Virus record (IMG/VR): IMGVR_UViG_3300023184_000025
Location: 186,001 to 250,000 of that record
DNA length: 64,000 nt
Reading direction: 5' to 3' (one strand)
Below the pieces are notes generated by a model. The model was not told where the DNA came from and ran no database searches. It saw nothing but the letters and a program-made list of their open reading frames with translations. Shown here piece after piece: positions 19,488 through 27,084 of the stretch. The translations under genes were made by a program, and so were the position numbers. Each line of letters starts with the position of its first letter. Position 1 is the stretch's first letter.

Positions 19488-19927
19488 CTTATCAATTTGC
19501 CAGAATTGACCTAGATAAAACCAATTACCTACCCACTGTTGGTTGGAATTACATCACTGATCGTGATGAAACCACACTCAACAAGCTAGATGAAATATAC
19601 AAGTACTACTGTACCTACAAACATTTTTCATCAGTAATGCCTATATTTCACAGTCGCTATCAAGATCCAATGGCTGACATCATTGGCTACTACGACAACG
19701 CTGAACTGGTTGCATTTAGCCTGATACGTAGATTTGATCAGTATAACGCACAATGTGACCAATTTGCTTGGACCTATCATCGACCCAAAATGCGCCTGGG
19801 AATTGAAACAATGAAAACAGAATGTGCTATCTATAAACAGCGTGGTTTTAAATTTTTATACTTAGAGCAAGCACATTTATACAAACAAGATATTGATGGC
19901 TTTGAGATATTAGGTCCGTTGGTGTAA
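19484..19927 (+). CDS. Arginyl/aminoacyl-tRNA-protein transferase-like protein (ATE1/Bpt C-terminal GNAT domain only)
   Basis: EIYKYYCTYKH, GYYDNAELVAFS and RLGIETMKTECAIYKQRGFKFLYL parallel the ATE_C pattern (LY..Y...H; LVAV; SLG...L.EI......Y.YL). Confidence 0.6.
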   Translation: MTYQFARIDLDKTNYLPTVGWNYITDRDETTLNKLDEIYKYYCTYKHFSSVMPIFHSRYQDPMADIIGYYDNAELVAFSLIRRFDQYNAQCDQFAWTYHRPKMRLGIETMKTECAIYKQRGFKFLYLEQAHLYKQDIDGFEILGPLV

Positions 19928-20898
19928 TGTATCAGATTAACAGCGAATGGCATAGACTAAAAACCTGTGTGGTTGGACGTAGTTGGAGTCCTGAGTTTTA
20001 TAGTTGGGTCAAAAACGTTGAGATTCGAAATTATTTTGAAACAATTGCCAGTGAAACCAATCAAGACCTAGATACACTGGCAGTTAATCTGAATGCCTTT
20101 GGAGTACACACGCTTAGGCCAACAGCAGATGTTGTTGATGTTGATGTTAACAATCTACCAAAAGCGCCGTTGGCTCCTAGAGATCATTTGTTGATGCTGG
20201 GGAATAAACTTGTTAAATCATTTTACAATAACACAAATCCAGATTTTTATAAAAACATTTCAGATCATGTGATTGATCAGGGTAATCAAGAAATAGAAGT
20301 TAATCTGCCATCAGTGTGTGGTGCCACTGTTTATCAATTGACCGATCGCGTATTTTTTTCTAATAATAAATCAGCTCATGAGTTTTTACACAATAAAATC
20401 AACAATAAAAAACTAACAGCTTTTCATCAGGAAGGACACATAGATGGATGGTTTTGTCCAGTAACGCCAGGATTGATTATAGCCAATGATGATCCGGTAA
20501 ATCATGAACTGCTAGAATTATTTTTTAAAATGTATTTCAATAACTGGGAAATAGTTTATATCAGACCTAGCTTAGAAAAATTACCATCATTTAAAAATTG
20601 GCAAGCAAGGCATACTGGATCTTGGTGGTTGCCAGGGCAAGAAAGCAATATCAAACTTATTGAGTTTGTTGATTGTTACTTTAAAAATTCGTTGGGTTAT
20701 GTAGCAGAAACTGTGTTTGAATTAAACATGTTGATCATTGACGATAAAAATGCAGTGATCAGTGGCTACAATCAACAAATATTTGATGCACTCAAAAGGC
20801 ATCAAGTTACTCCGCATGTTTCACAATTTAGACACAAGTGTTTTTGGGACAATGGTCTACATTGTGTAACTAGCGATCTTCACAGAGAGAAAATATAA
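19927..20898 (+). CDS. Second amidinotransferase paralogue
   Basis: WHRLKTCVVG, PRD, EGHIDG, FELNMLII and NGLHCVTSDL. Confidence 0.87.
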   Translation: MYQINSEWHRLKTCVVGRSWSPEFYSWVKNVEIRNYFETIASETNQDLDTLAVNLNAFGVHTLRPTADVVDVDVNNLPKAPLAPRDHLLMLGNKLVKSFYNNTNPDFYKNISDHVIDQGNQEIEVNLPSVCGATVYQLTDRVFFSNNKSAHEFLHNKINNKKLTAFHQEGHIDGWFCPVTPGLIIANDDPVNHELLELFFKMYFNNWEIVYIRPSLEKLPSFKNWQARHTGSWWLPGQESNIKLIEFVDCYFKNSLGYVAETVFELNMLIIDDKNAVISGYNQQIFDALKRHQVTPHVSQFRHKCFWDNGLHCVTSDLHREKI

Positions 20899-20899
20899 A

Positions 20900-21235
20900 A
20901 TGGATTTGTATACAATTTGGGCAGATAAAGAAGGCGACATCTCAGACCTAGACTGGGTCAACGGAATGAAGAGTTTTTTTGATCATTTGATTACAGAAGG
21001 TAAAATGGAGAGCTATAGAATTACTCGTTGTAAAATGGGATTCCGTAGTATTGCCGATATGCCAGAATGGATGATACTTATGGAGTTCCGAGACATGGGA
21101 CAAATGGACAATGCTTTCAAACGAGTAGCACCACTCAAAGGAGAACTCGAAGAGAAACATAGAAGTTTTAATCAGTTTGTTAGTGGCACTATTCAACACG
21201 CATTGTTTAGAGATTGGCCAGATACTAACTTATAA
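20900..21235 (+). CDS. DUF6614-like dimeric alpha/beta barrel protein
   Basis: YTIWAD...HLITEGKMESYRITRCKMG...EWMILMEFRDMGQMDNAF pattern. Confidence 0.55.
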   Translation: MDLYTIWADKEGDISDLDWVNGMKSFFDHLITEGKMESYRITRCKMGFRSIADMPEWMILMEFRDMGQMDNAFKRVAPLKGELEEKHRSFNQFVSGTIQHALFRDWPDTNL

Positions 21236-21245
21236 CGGCTTTATG

Positions 21246-21318
21246 AGAACTTCGTTGAAGTTCTATTGATTTCGCTATCGCTCATCAATATTATTATAAA
21301 CATCGAACGAAGTGAGAT
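21246..21318. other. Cluster of three hairpins (terminator- or ssDNA-signal-like)
   Basis: AGAACTTC/GAAGTTCT (21246-21264), TATTGAT/ATCAATA (21264-21290), ATC-GA-AC-GAA-GT-GA-GAT (21302-21318). Confidence 0.5.
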
Positions 21319-21324
21319 TACAGT

Positions 21325-21687
21325 TATTATCCAGATTCTTTGGTCACACTTTGCCCGCACAGGGCAAAGATTGAAAGCATTATCCGAGTTCGAATAGCCA
21401 CATAGCGTTACAACATTACAGAGGCGGTTGTCCGGTACCTCGAGTTGTGTCTTTATACAACGGCAATTAATATAATATACGCTAACATACTATATTAACC
21501 TGCTACATCACTGTAGCGTCTTTTTAGCCTTTAAATTCTTTTCAAACAATCAAACCGCGGCAATTAGCGATCGTCGTCCTGTCAAGGATAGTGATTGAGT
21601 GCTTGCTAGAGCGGCAAGACTTCCGTCCCTGCGATCCGAGATCCAGGTCTAGGGCACATGAAATTGACCTGTGCAAGTCGTAACTAC
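21325..21687 (-). ncRNA. Putative large structured non-coding RNA, family unassigned (3' boundary uncertain)
   Basis: No ORF of 60 aa or more in 21236-21687; about ten stems; G-U pairs and a GUGA tetraloop favour the minus strand; possible pseudoknot and long-range closing helix. Confidence 0.65.
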
Positions 21688-22116
21688 TTAAATTTTGTTT
21701 AAAATATGGGAGCCGTGTACTCTAACTTGTATGTGGCCATTGTAATAATCTTTTGATTCTAATACTCGTCTACTGAATTGTTCTCTTGCCTCAATGTAAC
21801 TACATTCCGATTTGGAGTTGCAATAATAAAGTATTTCTCTGGTGAAGTTTTCGGTGCCTAGTTTGATTACGTCTGCGGTTAATTCTGGGCTTGACCCGTA
21901 GTACTCTCTCCAATCTGAGTCGACCTTTGATCGTATCTTCTTCCGCTTTTTAATGCCGTTTTTTTGTGTTACTGTTTTGTATGTGGTTTTTGAAAATTTT
22001 GCGAGTTTTTTGCCTATGTACTTGCGACCAGTGAGATTACATGTGATCAAGTAAACAAATCCAACACACTCTTCGGGCAATGTCTCAACTGGGGTGTCTT
22101 GAAATAGCCATGTCAT
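21688..22116 (-). CDS. Stand-alone GIY-YIG (Seg-like) nuclease domain protein
   Basis: GFVYLIT...RKYIGKK motif, DWREYYGSS, FTREIL, YIEAREQ (Glu) and YYNG (Asn); basic KNGIKKRKKIRSK insert; no C-terminal DNA-binding domain. Confidence 0.75.
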   Translation of the reverse strand: MTWLFQDTPVETLPEECVGFVYLITCNLTGRKYIGKKLAKFSKTTYKTVTQKNGIKKRKKIRSKVDSDWREYYGSSPELTADVIKLGTENFTREILYYCNSKSECSYIEAREQFSRRVLESKDYYNGHIQVRVHGSHILNKI

Positions 22117-22178
22117 ATGTTGTATGTGATTTATCCTTGCTGTATAGTTATCATCTCCGTTGATCTTAGTGTAAAAAT

Positions 22179-23756
22179 TTAGTGGAAATCTAATAAGGTT
22201 TCTAAGTTTTCAAAATCCTGAGTATTGATGACATTCTTGTCAAGGTTTTGTAAAATATTATATAAAATTTGTAACTCTTCTCTGTTACGAGTCTGTGGCC
22301 ATCCTAGTTTTACACTTACTTCGTGTAATTCTAATCGACGACGTATGCGTTCTTTTAGTGTTAGTGTTGGGTTCAATTCATTTACCCATCCAAATCCTAG
22401 TGCAATGTCACGAAGACCCTGTGGTAGATTGTGAAACCGTTTGGCAAAGTCTGGATCAGTGATTAGTTTTACTTTTGAATCACCGGCTAGCTTGCCTTCT
22501 TCTCGGAACATACCGGTGTACCCCCAACGTACCATGTGAATCACTCCTGCTCGAGCATATTTTTGATACCGGTGTAAAAACTCAATGTTGTAGTTGTGAT
22601 CTTCCAATGTCTCAACAGGATACCCAACAAACATTAAACAAACATTTTTAATTCCATAGTATGCAGACTGTGCAAAATGGAAATCAATATCTGCATTGCT
22701 ATGATTTTTACCCATGTGTTTTCTAACATGTGGACTGTAAGATTCAAATCCAGTGACCAGCATATTACAACCGGCCTTGGCCATTAACTCCCAGTCTTTT
22801 TCAGTTTGATCAAATCTTGTTCTACAAATAAACTGTCCAAGATATTTTATTGGTTCTAAACTTGCATCTTGTTTTTTAGCCTCTACCAATTGACGATTTA
22901 CTTCTCTCCACATTTTCATATTACCGTTGATTAGACTGTCGGTAAAGTGAAAGAGATTAACATTATATTTTTTCTTTCCGTTGATAATTTCTTTTACAAT
23001 ATCATCGGCACTACGAGAAGTATATGTTGGCCACATGTCAGAAATACTACAAAATTTACAATTCCTAACACACCCTCTTGATGCAGTGATATAAATTCCT
23101 GGCTCAGATGTGTAATAGTAATTTGATGGGTCAATGCCTTCATATTCAGGATGCGGCAGCTTGTCTAATTTACGAATTTGAACTGCTGGGTTTCCGTTAA
23201 CTCCGTTAGAATTATCGTTACCATTTAATAATTCAATGATGGCCTGTTCACCTTCTCCTTGGATATAGTAATCAACCAATCCGGTCTTTAGTGCATAGTC
23301 AGCAAACGTTGTAGAATCCAATGCCAGCGGGTTCTCGGTTAAATTTGGCAAACTTCCTGGCCAAGCATAGCTACCTGCTCCGCCTATGACAATTTTACAG
23401 TTTAATTGATCTCGTACCTTCTGCAACATCACACTGGCAGGAATAACACTAAATCTAGTAAACACAGAAATCCCAACCATGTCAGGATTAAACTTGTCTA
23501 CAGTTGTTAAAAATTGATCAATTGTATCATTTAATATTTGTTGAGTTGCAGGTTCTAGTGTATATTTTTTGCAACGCCAGTATTGTTCAAGTTCAACCCA
23601 CACATCTGTGCTTACATTGCTGTGTAAAAACAAATTAAAATCATACACGTTACATTCCCAACCAGCACTACGTACACAAGCACTTATGGCCGCGGCGGCG
23701 GCTGGTGGTCTTTCTAACTCTTGACTTGGTACGTTGATGAATGCAAATCGTTTCAT
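22179..23756 (-). CDS. B12-binding radical SAM protein (class B methyltransferase-like)
   Basis: N-terminal cobalamin-binding Rossmann domain (KIVIGG, GEGEQAI); SRGCVRNCKFC CxxxCxxC; GFES; FVGYPVET. Confidence 0.88.
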   Translation of the reverse strand: MKRFAFINVPSQELERPPAAAAAISACVRSAGWECNVYDFNLFLHSNVSTDVWVELEQYWRCKKYTLEPATQQILNDTIDQFLTTVDKFNPDMVGISVFTRFSVIPASVMLQKVRDQLNCKIVIGGAGSYAWPGSLPNLTENPLALDSTTFADYALKTGLVDYYIQGEGEQAIIELLNGNDNSNGVNGNPAVQIRKLDKLPHPEYEGIDPSNYYYTSEPGIYITASRGCVRNCKFCSISDMWPTYTSRSADDIVKEIINGKKKYNVNLFHFTDSLINGNMKMWREVNRQLVEAKKQDASLEPIKYLGQFICRTRFDQTEKDWELMAKAGCNMLVTGFESYSPHVRKHMGKNHSNADIDFHFAQSAYYGIKNVCLMFVGYPVETLEDHNYNIEFLHRYQKYARAGVIHMVRWGYTGMFREEGKLAGDSKVKLITDPDFAKRFHNLPQGLRDIALGFGWVNELNPTLTLKERIRRRLELHEVSVKLGWPQTRNREELQILYNILQNLDKNVINTQDFENLETLLDFH

Positions 23757-24292
23757 AGCTGTATTAGTTCTTTTATTTTTTCTACTAGATCCTCACAGGG
23801 ATCTAAACTGCCACGAAACTTCCAAACACGATCAGGATCTTTTTCTAAGAAACCAATGACTTCTCGTTTATTTTTTTCTTCAAAATACCAATCCCAAAAA
23901 TTAGAAACCCAATTAAATTCTATTGTTCCGGGAAAATTATATTGATATGGGCTAGTAATAGTTATCGGAGAGTCTGGAAACTGTTGTAGATACCCGCTAA
24001 AGTAATCAGGGTAATAAACAAAATCAGTTAGTATCCAAGGTTCTAGTTTGATTTGATTGCATCTAATATTAAGGATTCTAAATTCTGTATCAGCAACAAT
24101 ATTACCATCACTGTCTATTACCGTATCGTTTTCTGTCTTGCCGCCAAACACAAGTTTTAATTGTCCTAGGTCTTGAATAATAAATTTAACATACATCAAT
24201 GGATCTAACAGGTGTGTCTTCTGGTCGTCAACCTGTAGGTACCCTGGCGTGCGACCTTGCGATGATGCTAGTTCCAATTCAAATTCAAGCAT
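23753..24292 (-). CDS. Hypothetical protein coupled to the radical SAM gene
   Basis: 179-aa ORF with ATGA overlap. Confidence 0.65.
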   Translation of the reverse strand: MLEFELELASSQGRTPGYLQVDDQKTHLLDPLMYVKFIIQDLGQLKLVFGGKTENDTVIDSDGNIVADTEFRILNIRCNQIKLEPWILTDFVYYPDYFSGYLQQFPDSPITITSPYQYNFPGTIEFNWVSNFWDWYFEEKNKREVIGFLEKDPDRVWKFRGSLDPCEDLVEKIKELIQL

Positions 24293-24296
24293 ACTG

Positions 24297-26060
24297 TTAT
24301 TCTAGCTCTGTGTCATTGTTGTAGGATGTAAATCCGTTTTCTTTTACAACACGTAAAATATTCTCTACACGACCAGCAAGCTCATCTCTGTGACTTACTA
24401 ACCAAATACTTTTATGACGTTCTCTACTCATCTTTTTAAGTAGTGCAAGACTGTTTTCAACACCCTGGGTATCCATACCTGAATCAACAAGTTCGTCAAT
24501 GAATAATACATTGATTGGATGATATAAACTTTCCCAAACGTCTCGGAATGCCCACGACATGGACAATATAAGTCGATTGCGCTCACCACGCGACAAATTA
24601 TCAAAGTCTAGATCACGACCCAGTTCGGTAATCTCAACACTGAGATCATTTTGAAATACAACCTGATGCGGCAATCCAATTTTATCTAGATAGTGTGTGA
24701 GTCGAGCATTTAAATAACTTAAATTTTGCTCAATAATCTTTTTACGAATAAAACTATCTTTTGAAGTCAACAACTTCAACAAGAAGTCTTGATGTTCTTG
24801 CATTCTAGTTAGATCATTTAATCCAACATAGTCAACAACCTGCAATGCTTGTTCTTGCATGTCGGTAATTTGTTCAGCATACGGATCTTGTTCTTGTTGC
24901 TTGCTATCAATCTGTGTTTGTAGGTTGGCCAATGTAGCACGATGATGAATAGCATCTTCTTCGTTGTCATAGAACATGGTCGGAGGTTTGCCAACTGCGC
25001 CAATGTCATTTAACTCGTTTTGAATTTCACTAACTTCGGTAGTTTGCTCGGTGCATCGTGTTCTTGCATCAGCTAAGTCAGTGCGTTTATTAGTCAACAC
25101 TTGCTCGTGTTTCTCATCATGAAATGCCTGTCCGCAGGTGTGACAGGTATGTGCTTCTAATGATACAATCTCATCAGACAATTTTTTAATTGTTTTTTCT
25201 TCGCGTTGAACTTCTAGTTTTGCTCGACTTAACTTAGACTGTAAGTCGTTGAATGTTTTTCTTCTGTTATCCCAGGCAGTATGTTCACGATGTGCAGTAA
25301 TTTCTGCATCGATGTCAATCTCTTGTAGTGCTTCCAATGCCGTTTGTAGTTTAGTAAGTTCTTCAGCTCGCTTGGTAATCCACAATGTTTGTCTACGCTT
25401 CAAACTGTCAATTTGTTCTTCAATCCTTTTGTTTGCTTCTTGAACTGCACGTATTCTAAACTCTTCCTGACTGATAGAGTCCTTGGTTTCTCTGTTTAAT
25501 TCTTTAATGCGTTCAGCCTTTTCACTCAGCAACGTTATTCCCAACAACTGTTCAATCAAGGTTCGCTGATCGTTGGCTTTGAGACTTAAAAAAGGTTCAG
25601 TATAAGTGTTAAGTGCTAGAATATGTCTAAACATATCGTGACTCATACCAAGTATGTGTTCAATGGCATCCTGTGTTTCTCTGCTGTCTCCTTGACTGTC
25701 GTCGGTGATTTCTTGTTCTTGGCTGTTTACATAAAACTTCAATACGTTGGGTTTTCGTCCGCGCTCAATTCGATAATCTTTACCACTCACTTCAAAATCT
25801 AAACTAACCAACATATTTTTGCCATTGGTCTTGTTTACAAGATTGTCTTTGCGAATATTAGTTAATGCTTGCCCATATAGAGAATAGCTGAGAGCATTGA
25901 TAATAGTAGTTTTGCCTGTGCCATTACGACTGCCGTCACCACCTAGATCAAGATTCTCACCTAGCACAAGTGTAAGATCTTTACGATCAAAATCAACATC
26001 CTGAGTAGAATTACCCACGCTCATAAAGTTTTTAACAGTCAAAGTTTTAATATTAATCAC
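24297..26060 (-). CDS. gp46: Recombination ATPase gp46 (Rad50/SbcC-like)
   Basis: Walker A NGTGKTT, zinc hook CHTC, signature LSRGE, Walker B FIDE, H-loop VSH. Confidence 0.95.
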   Translation of the reverse strand: MINIKTLTVKNFMSVGNSTQDVDFDRKDLTLVLGENLDLGGDGSRNGTGKTTIINALSYSLYGQALTNIRKDNLVNKTNGKNMLVSLDFEVSGKDYRIERGRKPNVLKFYVNSQEQEITDDSQGDSRETQDAIEHILGMSHDMFRHILALNTYTEPFLSLKANDQRTLIEQLLGITLLSEKAERIKELNRETKDSISQEEFRIRAVQEANKRIEEQIDSLKRRQTLWITKRAEELTKLQTALEALQEIDIDAEITAHREHTAWDNRRKTFNDLQSKLSRAKLEVQREEKTIKKLSDEIVSLEAHTCHTCGQAFHDEKHEQVLTNKRTDLADARTRCTEQTTEVSEIQNELNDIGAVGKPPTMFYDNEEDAIHHRATLANLQTQIDSKQQEQDPYAEQITDMQEQALQVVDYVGLNDLTRMQEHQDFLLKLLTSKDSFIRKKIIEQNLSYLNARLTHYLDKIGLPHQVVFQNDLSVEITELGRDLDFDNLSRGERNRLILSMSWAFRDVWESLYHPINVLFIDELVDSGMDTQGVENSLALLKKMSRERHKSIWLVSHRDELAGRVENILRVVKENGFTSYNNDTELE

Positions 26061-26066
26061 AGTTGT

Positions 26067-26095
26067 ATTATACAGTATTTTAAGAGAAAAGCCAA
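26067..26095 (-). promoter_or_regulatory. Sigma70-like promoter for gp46
   Basis: Minus strand TTGGCT, 17-nt spacer, TATAAT just upstream of the GTG start. Confidence 0.5.
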
Positions 26096-26130
26096 TGATC
26101 TAATAACCAGTGGCATGTTGATTGGCAAAA

Positions 26131-27084
26131 TTATTTGACTTCAAGTTTAAAGTTGTCAATGCCCTGGTGAATCCTTGTTTGTTCACCGCGCATAAATCTA
26201 GCAACCTTCTCGGCATTTAAATCCTCAACGGTACTATACAATAAAAAAGAACGAGCAGTTTTTACCTTGCTACTGGTGTTATAAACCTTAATTAAATCCT
26301 GTTGAATGGTATTAATCCTTGACTGTGATATCGACCGGTCAATAAAAAACCCAACCCATGCGGTGTGATTACCAACTACATCCTTACCAGTTAGCTCTTT
26401 TAGTGTTGGTAAGTTTGGATAATCGGAATTTCTTTTATTTGACAACACAGCATGGTATTTAATTTTACCACCTTTTTCAAGTTCTTTTGTTGATCCAAAT
26501 GTGGCAAAAGAAAATGTTAATGTTTGGGTAGATACATCAACAAACCAATTTCCGTATTGTACATATGGTGCATGAATAGATTTACTGCCAACGCTAGTTA
26601 CAAGTTCCATGCCTGCAATTTGTGGCGGAGAACCAATGCTCCAACTTCCAAATGTTGGATTTTGTTTAATTGCGGATTGTAGATCAGCAAATGTTTCGTA
26701 TTTTGGAGAACTAAACAATACTAACTCGCTTAGTCCGTCAAATGATAATGGAAATAACTGATCGACCACAGCAGTATTTTTACTCAGATGTGGAAAAGAA
26801 AGATAGTTGTCAATTGGTAATAGTGCAATACTGTTTTCTTTATCATGGAAGTGTGCATTAGCGGCCACAATACCGTTGCCACCTGGTCGGTTGTCAACCA
26901 GGACTGAAGTTTTCCAAAGAGCTGACAATTCTTCAGCATATTCTCTAACAACCTTGTCTGGACCTGATCCTGCTGGCACAGCCACAATAATCTTAAAGGG
27001 TGCCCGTGGAGGATCGTTTTGAGCATGTGCAGAGTTAAATACTAATCCAATGGATAAAAGAATAGTTCCTAATATGTTTTTCAT
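26131..27084 (-). CDS. Tripartite tricarboxylate transporter substrate-binding protein (TctC/Bug family)
   Basis: Signal peptide ending SAHA; KIIVAVPAGSGPD, VLVDNRPGGNG, HAPY and PNLPTLKE motifs. Confidence 0.85.
   Translation of the reverse strand: MKNILGTILLSIGLVFNSAHAQNDPPRAPFKIIVAVPAGSGPDKVVREYAEELSALWKTSVLVDNRPGGNGIVAANAHFHDKENSIALLPIDNYLSFPHLSKNTAVVDQLFPLSFDGLSELVLFSSPKYETFADLQSAIKQNPTFGSWSIGSPPQIAGMELVTSVGSKSIHAPYVQYGNWFVDVSTQTLTFSFATFGSTKELEKGGKIKYHAVLSNKRNSDYPNLPTLKELTGKDVVGNHTAWVGFFIDRSISQSRINTIQQDLIKVYNTSSKVKTARSFLLYSTVEDLNAEKVARFMRGEQTRIHQGIDNFKLEVK

Noticed and set aside
21327-21335. DnaA box (TTATCCAGA)
   Set aside because: Single 8/9 match with no cluster; expected by chance in AT-rich DNA
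21236-21687. RNase P, tmRNA, group I intron or tRNA identity for the structured region
   Set aside because: GGAAGTC only loosely resembles the RNase P GAGGAAAGUCC motif and has no P4 partner; no tmRNA termini, no group I P7/R-S motifs, no cloverleaf or TTCRA-CCA arrangement; flanking genes are not split exons
21236-21687. CRISPR or other repeat-spacer array
   Set aside because: Only two-copy 7-9 nt repeats; no periodic repeat-spacer structure here or noticed elsewhere in the window
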